A DNA stretch of 64,000 nucleotides from Eubacteriales bacterium (lineage in GTDB: Bacteria; Bacillota; Clostridia; Oscillospirales; CAG-272). This document shows positions 28,559-38,353 of this stretch, one piece after another (position 1 is the first letter of the stretch; every line of letters starts with the position of its first letter). The notes under the pieces are model-generated. The model made no database searches. It saw only the letters and a program-made list of their open reading frames with translations, and was not told the origin of the DNA. Both the position numbers and the translations under genes were made by a program. The stretch is taken from contig JAZQEH010000080.1 of NCBI GenBank assembly GCA_045538895.1, forward strand, positions 13,491-77,490, in the 5' to 3' direction.

Positions 28559-31500
28559 ATGAAAAAGGTATTTATATTTTTTCTTGCATTTATGCTTATG
28601 CTTACTCTGACTGTTGCGGCATCTGCCGCCACTGTATACGTTTCAAACGGCGGAAGCGGAAACGGGCAAAGTGCTTCCGCACCGCTCGGCTCGCTTACCG
28701 ATGCATATGCCGCAGTCGGAAACGATGGCGAAATTGTGCTTGTAGGCACGGTTTCGGTACCTGTTAACAAAATCGGTACAACCAGAAATGCGTTTGTCGA
28801 GCCTGCACACAGCGGCAAAATTACGATCCGAGGCAACGACAAAGACGCATGTTTGCTTTTCGACACCGTTTTTGAATACTACATCAGCGGTGAAACCGAA
28901 TTTAAAGACCTGACAATTTCTTCAGGCGACCGCACATCGGGACTTTACATGGCGGCAAGAGGAAACCACCTTACAATGGGTGAAGGACTTACTATGCACT
29001 CAAACGGTACCGTTGCTAACGGCTCCTACAAGGAAGTCGGTACAAAACTGTATCTGTATGCAGGCTGCATGAACGGTGTTACATATGACGGCTATACCGA
29101 TTGCGACAATCACATGACCGTAAAAAGCGGAACCTATTGGGGTATAGGCGGCTTTAACCGCAACCAGAACGTGACCACCACAGGTCATTCAACGCTTGAA
29201 GTTGGCGGTGACGTATACGTAACGTACCTGATTGCAGGCTCCACAGGTACCTCCTCATTTGCCGCTCCGTCAGGCATCGACTTATACATCATCGGTGACA
29301 TGACCATCTCAAAGCAGATTTCTCTCGGTAACCAGAACTCCGACGTTGCTTCGTTTGACAGCAACTTAATAATTAAGGATGGAAAAATCAATTATATCGG
29401 CAACTTCATAGACTACAACGCACGCAAACGTCTTACCACGCTTGATATTTACGTCAACGATTCATCCGCATCAGCACTCTCAACATATTCCTCCCTTTTT
29501 GCCGGCTACGGCGACAGAGAGGGCACTATGGCAGATTACTGCAAAAATGAACACGGTGCTCACTCATATAAAAACGATATCTGCACCGTTTGCGGAATTT
29601 CAAAAACCGCAGCAGAATGCACGTCACACAACTTTACAACTTCTACGGAGGGCACTATAGTGTCAAACACTTGCAAGAACTGCTCGTTCACATCAAAATC
29701 CACAACCAAAACCGACGCACAAAGCGGAGTTTACACATATACAAACGGTACTTTACGTGTGCAGATACTCTCCGACAGTATCATCCGCATTGAGGAAAGC
29801 GCAAACGGCACTTTTGTTGACAAGGCAACGCTTGTTGTGCCTGATCGCTCGGTTTTCGGCGGCACAGACGTTGTTATTGACAGCGACAAGGACACAGTTA
29901 TTCTTTCAACCGAAAAGTTCACAGTTAACATACCCAAAGAAAACGCTACCGCCGCATCTGTAAAAATCTTTGCAAAAGACGGTGAAGAGCTTTATTCCTA
30001 CTTCGGCACAGACAAAAACGGCTTTTACTCTTCCCTCCCCGCTCCTGCCGATACCCCGAATACATATGCAATTATGGATAACGGCATAATCCCTGCAGAC
30101 ACAGGACTTGTATATAGCGGCAGCGAAGACGAAAACAGCGGTTGGAGCCGCAGCGAAAACACAGACTTGTACGTTCTTATGCCCTTTGGTGACAGTGCAA
30201 AGCTTCGCTATGACTTTGTAACACTCACAGGTAAAACCATGATGTCCGACATCAAAGCTCTCGGCTCATGGTATTCAAAGTGGACAAAATACTCCGGCGA
30301 CGAAAAACTTGCCATGATTGAAAAGTACCGTACAAAAGAAATTCCGCTCGATATGATAGTTATTGACACCGAGTGGAAAAACACCTCCACAAACGGTAAT
30401 GACGGCGACGGTACCGGCTATGAAACAAACTCCGAGCTTTACCCTGATATGAGTGCATTCCTTGCCGCAGCAGAAAAGGCAGGCGTACTTGTACTGTTCA
30501 ATGACCACACCCATCAGACCTCTCTAACCATCACCACTCCTGCTGAGCTTAAATGGCAGTGTGCAGGTATCAGTTCACTTATGGAAATGGGGCTTGACGG
30601 CTGGTGGTATGACAGAAACTGGACATACTCTATCAAATCCCCTTACAGCGACGTGCTTTTCTCAACCATAGGTCAGGTGCTCTACTATGACACTATGGAA
30701 AAATACCACATTGACACAAAGGAGGGCGACTATCCCGAGCGTGTACTCCTCCTCTCAAACGTTGACTGGATAAAGCACGGTCACATCACAGGCAATCCCT
30801 CCATTATCGGTCACCGCTACGGTATTCAGTGGTCGGGCGATATCTACGGTCATGCAGACCAGTTGAAGCGTGAAATCGAGAACATGGTGCTTGGCAGTTT
30901 GAACGGTGCTTCGCCTTATATGTCGAGCGACCTCGGTGGCTTCTGGCATAATGACTGTATTTCCAAAAACCACTTTGTACGTTGGATGCAGTATGGTGCA
31001 TTTTCTCCTACGGTGCGTGTTCACTCCACACTTTCGAGTAATAACGAGCAGCTCCCCTGGAGTTACGGTGCCGACGCTGAGAGAATAATCAAGAATTACC
31101 TCGATATGCGTTACCACCTCATGCCGTACTACTACATGCTCGCACGTGAAAACTACGATACGGGTATGCCGCTTATCCGCCGTCTTGACTTCTATTATCC
31201 TCAGTACGAGGAGTCAAAGGACAACTCACAGTATCTTATCGGTAAAGACGTTCTTGTCGCTCCCTTCTGGAGTACAACCGGTGAAGGACGTGACGTTATT
31301 CCCGAAAGCTGGCTGAAAACTCCTGACGGTAAGCCCGGTTTGCTTGCAGAATACTTCAACACCGAAAAAGGCATGGCTAAAGAAGACTATTACACAGGTG
31401 CTGCAGACCACAGTGAGGTAGTATCGAGCGTTGGTTACTATTGGTACACAGGCTCGCCTAACTCAAAGATAAATACAGACTACTTTGCAGCTCGCTACAC

Positions 31501-32482
31501 AGGTACACTTACACCCGAATATGACTGCTACATCGGTACGTATGCAGATGACGGTGCAAGAGTTTACGTTGACGGCAAGCTTTGGTCAAACGGTTATTCG
31601 TCAAGTCAGGCAAAGCCCTATTTCAATAACACCGACGTTCTTAAGGCAGGAAAATCCTACGATATCGTAGTTGAATACTACGAGCTTTCCGGCAAAGCAA
31701 TTCTCTACTTTGCAAGCGAACCCGTAAACGATAGAAATGTCTCCGAGCGTGACGTATTTATTCCCGACGGCACATGGATCAACATGTTCAGCGGTGAAAG
31801 AGTTACCGGCCCTGTTAAAATCACCGTAAAAGGCGACACAGATCAAATGCCCATCTTTATCCGTGAGGGCGCCGCACTCCCCACAAGCGAGGTTCTCTCG
31901 CCGATGAAGGGTGCCGATTGGCAAAACCTTTCTGTGAATATTTACGGCCTTGACAATAGCGAATTTACGCTCTATGAGGACGACGGCGAAACCGAAGGCT
32001 ATCTTGACGGAAAATTCAGACAGACAAAGGTAAGCGTAACCTCTGTTGCATCTGACGCATGGAAGATAGACATTGAAAAGACAACCGGTGACTTCGCTAC
32101 AGAGTATACAAAGCGAAACGTCAAGATTCGTATTCATTCAAACCTGCCGATAACCTCTGCGTTGATTGGTGACACTGCTGCAACCGTTACCTTGCTTTCA
32201 ATGGATAAAAATGCTTTGCCATTTGCAAATAGCGGAGCCTCTGCAATATCCGACGTTTATGAGATTTCGGCAGAAGTTGACATGAGTAAGGACACAAGCA
32301 TACTTGTAACATCCGCTACTTTAGGCGATGTTGACGGTAATGGCTTCCTTTCTGTAAATGACGTGCTTCTGGCTTTGCGTGGAGTACTCAATAACAAACG
32401 CACACCTGTAGCAGATATGGACAAAAACGGCAAACTTGAACTTTTAGACGTTATCAAACTTTTAAAAGAAGTAGTAAAATGA
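28559..32482 (+). CDS. Secreted GH31 glycosidase with N-terminal module, PA14 insertion, DUF5110-like region and C-terminal dockerin-like domain
   Basis: IPLDMIVIDTEW, LYPD, DGWWYD, HRYGIQWSGD, SSDLGGF, RWMQYGAFSP, YLIGKDVLVAP; PA14 (GLLAEYF, FAARYTG, DDGARVYVDG); LYEDDG; GDVDGNG..D..DMDKNGKLELLD. Confidence 0.85.
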   Translation: MKKVFIFFLAFMLMLTLTVAASAATVYVSNGGSGNGQSASAPLGSLTDAYAAVGNDGEIVLVGTVSVPVNKIGTTRNAFVEPAHSGKITIRGNDKDACLLFDTVFEYYISGETEFKDLTISSGDRTSGLYMAARGNHLTMGEGLTMHSNGTVANGSYKEVGTKLYLYAGCMNGVTYDGYTDCDNHMTVKSGTYWGIGGFNRNQNVTTTGHSTLEVGGDVYVTYLIAGSTGTSSFAAPSGIDLYIIGDMTISKQISLGNQNSDVASFDSNLIIKDGKINYIGNFIDYNARKRLTTLDIYVNDSSASALSTYSSLFAGYGDREGTMADYCKNEHGAHSYKNDICTVCGISKTAAECTSHNFTTSTEGTIVSNTCKNCSFTSKSTTKTDAQSGVYTYTNGTLRVQILSDSIIRIEESANGTFVDKATLVVPDRSVFGGTDVVIDSDKDTVILSTEKFTVNIPKENATAASVKIFAKDGEELYSYFGTDKNGFYSSLPAPADTPNTYAIMDNGIIPADTGLVYSGSEDENSGWSRSENTDLYVLMPFGDSAKLRYDFVTLTGKTMMSDIKALGSWYSKWTKYSGDEKLAMIEKYRTKEIPLDMIVIDTEWKNTSTNGNDGDGTGYETNSELYPDMSAFLAAAEKAGVLVLFNDHTHQTSLTITTPAELKWQCAGISSLMEMGLDGWWYDRNWTYSIKSPYSDVLFSTIGQVLYYDTMEKYHIDTKEGDYPERVLLLSNVDWIKHGHITGNPSIIGHRYGIQWSGDIYGHADQLKREIENMVLGSLNGASPYMSSDLGGFWHNDCISKNHFVRWMQYGAFSPTVRVHSTLSSNNEQLPWSYGADAERIIKNYLDMRYHLMPYYYMLARENYDTGMPLIRRLDFYYPQYEESKDNSQYLIGKDVLVAPFWSTTGEGRDVIPESWLKTPDGKPGLLAEYFNTEKGMAKEDYYTGAADHSEVVSSVGYYWYTGSPNSKINTDYFAARYTGTLTPEYDCYIGTYADDGARVYVDGKLWSNGYSSSQAKPYFNNTDVLKAGKSYDIVVEYYELSGKAILYFASEPVNDRNVSERDVFIPDGTWINMFSGERVTGPVKITVKGDTDQMPIFIREGAALPTSEVLSPMKGADWQNLSVNIYGLDNSEFTLYEDDGETEGYLDGKFRQTKVSVTSVASDAWKIDIEKTTGDFATEYTKRNVKIRIHSNLPITSALIGDTAATVTLLSMDKNALPFANSGASAISDVYEISAEVDMSKDTSILVTSATLGDVDGNGFLSVNDVLLALRGVLNNKRTPVADMDKNGKLELLDVIKLLKEVVK

Positions 32483-32483
32483 C

Positions 32484-32794
32484 AATAAAAAACTCGGACG
32501 AAAGTCCGAGTTTTTTATTCAGGCTGATGACTTTGTCATCAGCCTGACCAGAGGGTGAGAAACGCAGGCAGATTTTTGGATTTTTGTTTCGTCGGCGTAC
32601 ATGTGTACGGTAGAGACAAAAATCGAAAAAAGCAAGTAACGGCAATGGCATAAAAAGCCCTTGCCGCATTTTGATTTTAATATAAAGTAAAAAATCATTT
32701 CTTTATATTTTTTGCTTTTATTTTTTACTTGCGGTCTGACGCGTTTGTCAGGACTCTGAATAAAAAACTCGGACGAAAGTCCGAGTTTTTTATT
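32484..32794. mobile_element. MITE-like non-coding insertion (32520-32758) flanked by two identical copies of a 36-bp terminator palindrome
   Basis: aataaaaaactcggacgaaagtccgagttttttatt at 32484-32519 and 32759-32794; ends caggctgatgac-ttt-gtcatcagcctg and gcgtttgtcaggactctg; 32631-32760 is homologous to 56141-56270. Confidence 0.6.
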
Positions 32795-32804
32795 GTTAAT
32801 TAAA

Positions 32805-34820
32805 TTATTCAGCGTCGGTTGCGGGAGCTTCTTCAGCAGGAACTTCCTCTGTAACAGCTTCTTCAGCAACAACTTCTTCAACGGGAGCTTCTGCTTCTTC
32901 GATAAGAGCACGGATGGAAAGGCTAACCTTTTCCTTTTCCTCGTTGATCTCGATAATCTTAACTTCAACTTCCTGACCGATTTCAAGAACGTCGGAAGGC
33001 TGTGCAATCTTGGTCTTGGAAATCTGGGAAATGTGGATAAGACCGTCAGTGCCGGGAACGATTTCAGCAAATGCACCAAAGGGTGTGAAGCTTACGATCT
33101 TAACGGTAGCAACGTCGCCAACAGAATACTTGTTCTTGAATACGAACCAAGAATTCATATCGTCGGTCTTGTAGCCGAGAGAAATCTTACCGGTTTCTCT
33201 GTCAAAGGACTTAACCCAAACGTCGATAACGTCGCCAACCTTAACAACCTGTGAAGGATGCTTGATGTGCTTCCAGGAAAGCTCAGAGTTGTGAACCATA
33301 CCGTCAACGCCGCCGAGGTCAACAAACGCACCGTAGGTAGCAAGGTTCTTAACAGTACCCTGATAGTGCTTGCCCTCTTCGCAAGTTGCCCAGAATGCTT
33401 CTTCACGAGCCTTGCGTTCCTCATTGAGTACCGCACGGATAGAAGCGTATGCCTTGTGGCGCTGCTCGTTGATGTCAACGATCTTTACTCTCTGAGTTGT
33501 GCCAACCAGAGTGGTGAGGTCACCGCCCTTGGGTACACCGGTGAGAGATGCAGGGATAAATACGCGAACACCGTTAAGGTTAATGAGCACACCGCCCTTA
33601 ACTGCCTCAACGATTTTGCCTTCGAGAACGACATCGTTCTCTTTTGCTTCGACAACGTACTTCCAGTTCTTGTCGGAGTCAACACGCTTCTTGGAAAGAA
33701 CTGCGATACCGTCGATATCGCTGACTTTGATTACAAAGCCCTCAACTTGGTCGCCAACCTTGAACATGGTGTTAAGGTCCAAGCCGGGTTCGTCGGTAAT
33801 CTGGTCGTATGTAATAACGCCGGTTGCTTTCGCACCAAGGTCAAGACGGATTTCGTTATTCGAAACCGACATAACTGTACCGACTACGGTATCTCCTGTA
33901 TTTAAAGTTTTGAACGAAGCGTCAAGTAATTCTTCGAAGTTTTCAATTTCTGCCATGGTTTTATATACCTCCTCTATAATACCGCTTGGAGTGGAAGCTC
34001 CAGCAGTAATACCAATAGTTAAACAGCCGTCAAAATAAGCTTTATCAAGCTCATCGGCCTTTTCAACGAAAGCACACTTTTTACAGGCGGAAGAAGCAAT
34101 TTCAAACAGCTTGTGCGAGTTTGAACTTTGTTTGCCGCCTATCACTATCATGCCGTCGCTTTGCAGAGCAAGTTCTTTAGTTTCACTCTGCCTTTTTTCA
34201 GTAACACTACATATTGTATCAAAAATAATTGCGTTTGTATATACTTTTTTGAATTTTTTCTCACATTTTTTCCAAAGATTTGTGTTTTGCGTGGTTTGTG
34301 CAACCAAAACTATGGATTTTTCGGGATTTTTTTCATTTTCTATATAACGGTCAAGGCTCTCTTCGCTGTCAAAAACAACACTATCGCCTCTTGCGTAGCT
34401 AAGAATTGAAAGCACCTCAGGGTGTTTGGGGTCGCCGATTACCGCAAGAGTAGTATCTGCACTTGTGTTCTCATCGGCGATTTTATGAATCTTTTTAACA
34501 AAGGGGCATGTCATATCCTCAATATGAATATTTGCACACTCCCTCTCCACTTTCCGAAGAAACTCCTCCTCGCCACGCGGGATTCCGTGAGTACGGATAA
34601 TAATGCGTGCCTCTCTGCCCTTTTTGGCAATCTCCTCAACGGAAGCTATAGTAGCAATTTTCGCCCCACGTGAGGCAAGATGCTCATTGTAAATGCGATT
34701 GTGAATAAGATGTCCTAAAATGTAAATATCGTATTCGCCGCCAAGTCCCTTTTCAACAAAGTCGGTAGCACGCTTTACACCAAAACAAAAGCCTGCCTCT
34801 TTAGCTACGGTTACTTTCAT
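32805..34820 (-). CDS. ispH: IspH (HMBPP reductase)-30S ribosomal protein S1 fusion
   Basis: AGFCFGVKRA, LIHN, TCPFV, HPEV, AQTT, TIC, SSNS, TAGASTP; then four S1 repeats (YGAFVDLGGVDGMVHNSELSW, FGAFAEIVPGTDGLIHISQI). Confidence 0.95.
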   Translation of the reverse strand: MKVTVAKEAGFCFGVKRATDFVEKGLGGEYDIYILGHLIHNRIYNEHLASRGAKIATIASVEEIAKKGREARIIIRTHGIPRGEEEFLRKVERECANIHIEDMTCPFVKKIHKIADENTSADTTLAVIGDPKHPEVLSILSYARGDSVVFDSEESLDRYIENEKNPEKSIVLVAQTTQNTNLWKKCEKKFKKVYTNAIIFDTICSVTEKRQSETKELALQSDGMIVIGGKQSSNSHKLFEIASSACKKCAFVEKADELDKAYFDGCLTIGITAGASTPSGIIEEVYKTMAEIENFEELLDASFKTLNTGDTVVGTVMSVSNNEIRLDLGAKATGVITYDQITDEPGLDLNTMFKVGDQVEGFVIKVSDIDGIAVLSKKRVDSDKNWKYVVEAKENDVVLEGKIVEAVKGGVLINLNGVRVFIPASLTGVPKGGDLTTLVGTTQRVKIVDINEQRHKAYASIRAVLNEERKAREEAFWATCEEGKHYQGTVKNLATYGAFVDLGGVDGMVHNSELSWKHIKHPSQVVKVGDVIDVWVKSFDRETGKISLGYKTDDMNSWFVFKNKYSVGDVATVKIVSFTPFGAFAEIVPGTDGLIHISQISKTKIAQPSDVLEIGQEVEVKIIEINEEKEKVSLSIRALIEEAEAPVEEVVAEEAVTEEVPAEEAPATDAE

Positions 34821-36112
34821 TTATCAAGTCCCTCGTTTCGGAGTGCTAAAATGCGGTCAAATACAAGTCTTGCCGCTTTTTCATATTCCTCTGTGCCGCC
34901 TTTTACAAATCCGAACTCCTCGTATTTAATAGGCTTACCTATGATAACCTCTTTTTTGCGGAGAAAACGGTATTTGTAGTTCTTGACACGGATGAAAACA
35001 GGCTGAACATCCGCTTTCGAGCGATAAACCATCATACCTACACCGCTTTTAATCTCGGTTGTAGCCGGGTCAACACCAATATAACGTGTTCCTTGCGGGA
35101 ACATTGCAACGATCTCTCCGTCACGGAGAATCGACAAGGTCTTTTTAATCGAACCTACGTCACCTCTGCCACGGTCAACCGAATATGCACCGAGTGCCTT
35201 TATAAGCTGTGCGAGGAGCGGAATTTTGAAAAGCTCCTTTTTAGCAAGGAAGCGAAGCGGACGCTTGAACGTAACCGCAAGCGAAAGCACGTCTAAAATT
35301 GCAGTGTGGTTTGCACAAACGATAAGTGCACCGTCGCTTTGCTCGTTCTCTGCACCAATGGGCTTAACACGCATGCAGAACTTTATAATCGGTCCGATGG
35401 TAGCCTTTAAGAATTTATAGAGTTTATTCTGCTTCGGGACTTTTTTTTTTGAGATTTTATCAATAACGATGTTTTTAGCCGCCTCAATACTTTCCTCAAG
35501 AGTGAGGTTGGAGGAATCAAGCGTTACAGCATCGTCTGCCGCTTTGAGCGGTGCAACATCTCTGCCACTGTCACGCTCGTCACGCTCCTTGATTGATGCA
35601 AGAGTATCCTCAAAACTCACAATTTCGCCCTTTTCGGCAAGCTGTGCAACACGGCGGGACGCACGTGCCTCTGCAGAAGCAGTGAGAAAAATCTTAACGT
35701 CCGCATTCGGGAGAATGACCGTGCCTATATCACGACCGTCCATGATAACGTTATTCTCTCTTGCAAGCGAACGCTGCATCTCGAAAAGAAACTCACGTAC
35801 CTTCGGTACGGCTGAAACAACGGACGCATATTTAGCAATAAGAGGTGTACGGATAAAATCGCTTACATCCTCTCCGCAAAGAAACATTCTCTGCTCACCG
35901 TCCACATACTTGAGCTCAACCTTTACATTCGGAAGATTGTTAATGATCCCCTCGGTATCCTCGGTAGCAACGCCGTTTCTCTGCATATAAAGACCTACCG
36001 TGCGGTAAATCGCACCGGTGTCTACATAGATATAGCCAAACTCCTTTGCAAGCGCCTTGGCAATAGTGCTTTTACCCGCACCGCTCGGTCCGTCAATAGC
36101 AATTCCTATCAT
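34817..36112 (-). CDS. cmk: Cytidylate kinase fused to 1-acyl-sn-glycerol-3-phosphate acyltransferase (Cmk-PlsC)
   Basis: Start at MIGIAIDGPSGAGKST after GGAGA; DTGAIYR, MDGRDIGT, RDERDSGR; then NHTAILD, FLAKKELF, VDRG, FPQGTR in the same frame. Confidence 0.9.
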   Translation of the reverse strand: MIGIAIDGPSGAGKSTIAKALAKEFGYIYVDTGAIYRTVGLYMQRNGVATEDTEGIINNLPNVKVELKYVDGEQRMFLCGEDVSDFIRTPLIAKYASVVSAVPKVREFLFEMQRSLARENNVIMDGRDIGTVILPNADVKIFLTASAEARASRRVAQLAEKGEIVSFEDTLASIKERDERDSGRDVAPLKAADDAVTLDSSNLTLEESIEAAKNIVIDKISKKKVPKQNKLYKFLKATIGPIIKFCMRVKPIGAENEQSDGALIVCANHTAILDVLSLAVTFKRPLRFLAKKELFKIPLLAQLIKALGAYSVDRGRGDVGSIKKTLSILRDGEIVAMFPQGTRYIGVDPATTEIKSGVGMMVYRSKADVQPVFIRVKNYKYRFLRKKEVIIGKPIKYEEFGFVKGGTEEYEKAARLVFDRILALRNEGLDK

Positions 36113-36128
36113 ATTTATCTCCATTCTG

Positions 36129-37349
36129 TCACCAGACTGCGTTTTCTGCCGCAAGACGTGCAGTTGAAAAGGCAATCTGCAAATTAAATCCGCCGGTATA
36201 GGCATCGACGTCGATAACCTCACCGCAGAAATACAAGCCGCTGACCTTTTTCGACTCCATGGTTTTCGGCGAAAGTTCCTTTACCGAAATACCGCCGGAG
36301 GTTATTATAGCCTCGCTTATAGGGCGTGGTTGCTTAACTGTAAGCTCAAACGACTTTAAATTAGTTAAAAGTGTGCGACGTTCTTCCTTGGTTATGGCAT
36401 TTACCTTTTTATCGGGAGGAATACCGCAACGTTTTATAATAACAGGTATCATCTTCTGCGGCAAAAGTGCCGAAAGACTGTTGCAAAAATCTCGGTTTAC
36501 ATTCTTTGCAAAGTCCGAAAGTAAGCGTGCATCAAGCGTTTTTTCGTCAAGTGCAGGCTTAAGGTCAAGCAGGATCTTATATCTTCCGCTTTCGATTTTT
36601 GAAAGATGCGACGATGCGCTGAGAATCATCGGTCCCGTCACTCCGTAATGAGTAAACATCATCTCACCGAAGTCACGGTAAACGCATTTTCCGTTTTGTG
36701 TATCAATAATCTGAAGTGCAGTATTCTTAAGCGAAAGTCCCTGCATTTCAGCTGGGTACTTTTCAACCGTTTCAAGCGGCACAAGTGATGGGGAAAGAGG
36801 AGTGACCTCTATGCCGAAAGCCTTTGCAAAACGGTATCCGTCACCGGTTGAACCGGTAAGCGGATAAGATGCTCCGCCTGTTGCAATAATAACACGGTCA
36901 AATTCACGTGCCGACAAAGCAGTTACGGTAAATATATCTTCGTTTTTTGCAATCGCTTTTACTTCTTCATTTATATATTTTACACCGTTTTGCTTTGTGT
37001 ACTGTCTGAGTGCGTTTACTATATCCTCCGCCTTATCCGACTGCGGGAAAACACGGTTTCCACGCTCGGTTTTAAGCGGCACACCGAGGTTTTCAAAAAA
37101 CGCTTTTGTGTCCGATGGCTCAAATGCCGAAAGTGCGGCATACATAAACCTTGGATTTGTGGGTATATTCTCAATAACGGTATTGACATCCGAGTCATTG
37201 CAAACGTTGCATCTGCCCTTGCCCGTTATACGGAGTTTTTTGCCGCTGAATTTGTTTTTCTCAAACAGCGTAACGTCGCCGCCGAGAAATGCAGCATGCC
37301 CTGCCGCCATCATGCCTGCGGCTCCTGCACCGATAACTGCTATACGCAT
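36129..37349 (-). CDS. HI0933/YhiN (BaiN-like) family flavoprotein
   Basis: IGAGAAGMMAA, GKKLRITGKGRCN, ATGGASYPLTGSTGDG, FTHYGVTGP, TGGFNLQIAFSTA. Confidence 0.9.
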   Translation of the reverse strand: MRIAVIGAGAAGMMAAGHAAFLGGDVTLFEKNKFSGKKLRITGKGRCNVCNDSDVNTVIENIPTNPRFMYAALSAFEPSDTKAFFENLGVPLKTERGNRVFPQSDKAEDIVNALRQYTKQNGVKYINEEVKAIAKNEDIFTVTALSAREFDRVIIATGGASYPLTGSTGDGYRFAKAFGIEVTPLSPSLVPLETVEKYPAEMQGLSLKNTALQIIDTQNGKCVYRDFGEMMFTHYGVTGPMILSASSHLSKIESGRYKILLDLKPALDEKTLDARLLSDFAKNVNRDFCNSLSALLPQKMIPVIIKRCGIPPDKKVNAITKEERRTLLTNLKSFELTVKQPRPISEAIITSGGISVKELSPKTMESKKVSGLYFCGEVIDVDAYTGGFNLQIAFSTARLAAENAVW

Positions 37350-38212
37350 CAGTCATGCACCTTTGCGTATGTATTGTACTCGTCCCAGATGCGTTCAAGC
37401 TTGTCAAACACATCGCTGAGCTCGGTCTGCATCTCCTTGGCTATCGCAACAACCAGAGCGTTAAGCAGGCTGAGCGGTGCAACAAAAGAGTCAACTATAG
37501 AAGCCATGTCACTGCGGCACACAAGAGTTTCGTTTGCATACGGTGCTACGGGTGACATTGTACTGTCGGTAACCGCAACAATGTTTGTTCCCTGCTCCTT
37601 TGCGTATGCAACGGCATTGATGAGTCTTGCGCTGTAACGTGGGAAGCTTATCGCAATCATAACGTCGTCCTCACCGATACGCAGAATCTGCTCAAACACC
37701 TCACTGCCGCTTGTAGACTGCACCATGCGTACGTTGTCAAACATAAGTCTGAAATAGTGTGTCAAAAAACTTGCAAGCGCACTTGAGGAACGCATGCCGA
37801 TAATATAAATATTCTTTGCGGCAATTATCTTGCGTACTGCCTCGTTGAAATCCTCATGATTGATTTCATCCATAGTGCGGCGGATATTGTCTATATCCGA
37901 CTCAAACACACTGCGGAGAATATCGCCGTCACCGATTCTTGTAGCGGCAACAACCATTCTCTGCTTTGTAGTTAAACGTGTACGGATTATTTCCTGAAGC
38001 GAATGCTGAAGTCCGGGATATCCGTCAAAGCCAAGTTCAATAGCGAAGCGGACAACCGTAGACTCGGAAACGCCAACCTCCTTACCGAGTTTTGATGCGG
38101 TAAGGTATGCCGCCTTATCATAATTATTAATAAGGTAATTTGCTATGGTCTTCTGTCCCTTTGAAAAGGTTGGCATAAGTTCTTTGATTTCTCTTATAAG
38201 GTCTTTTCTCAT
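37349..38212 (-). CDS. MurR/RpiR family regulator (HTH + SIS)
   Basis: SKGQKTIANY, VSESTVVRFA, LGFDGY, ISFPRYS. Confidence 0.9.
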   Translation of the reverse strand: MRKDLIREIKELMPTFSKGQKTIANYLINNYDKAAYLTASKLGKEVGVSESTVVRFAIELGFDGYPGLQHSLQEIIRTRLTTKQRMVVAATRIGDGDILRSVFESDIDNIRRTMDEINHEDFNEAVRKIIAAKNIYIIGMRSSSALASFLTHYFRLMFDNVRMVQSTSGSEVFEQILRIGEDDVMIAISFPRYSARLINAVAYAKEQGTNIVAVTDSTMSPVAPYANETLVCRSDMASIVDSFVAPLSLLNALVVAIAKEMQTELSDVFDKLERIWDEYNTYAKVHD

Positions 38213-38263
38213 GATGCACTCACTTATCTGCAAATCAAAAATTAGTACAAAGCGTACCGTATT

Positions 38264-38292
38264 ATTATATCAAAGATTTTGCAAGAAGTCAA
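38264..38292 (-). promoter_or_regulatory. sigmaA promoter of the rpiR-flavoprotein-cmk/plsC-ispH/rpsA operon
   Basis: TTGACT-17 bp-(TGa)TATAAT. Confidence 0.75.
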
Positions 38293-38297
38293 CGTGA

Positions 38298-38349
38298 TTC
38301 TTGCAAAAACTCCCGAATTTCAATGAAAATTCGGGAGTTTTTGCAAGAA
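38298..38349 (-). terminator. Long inverted repeat, probable terminator of the hydrolase gene
   Basis: 23-bp arms ttcttgcaaaaactcccgaattt / aaattcgggagtttttgcaagaa. Confidence 0.7.
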
Positions 38350-38353
38350 AATA

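Noticed and set aside
32484..32794. Two identical 36-bp palindromic repeats as a possible CRISPR array
   Set aside because: Only two copies, 239 bp apart, terminator-like with A/T tails, and no cas genes
32454..33079. ORFs of 186 aa and 71 aa crossing the MITE-like element, both containing NKKLGLSSEFFI
   Set aside because: The shared peptide is just the duplicated terminator translated; no transposase motifs
36113..36223. N-terminal extension of the cmk ORF overlapping the flavoprotein gene
   Set aside because: RBS and family start support ATG 36112; ORF-caller artefact. Other starts were trimmed for similar reasons (9842, 17264, 26241, 28447, 38212, 39407, 51219, 55160, 60317)
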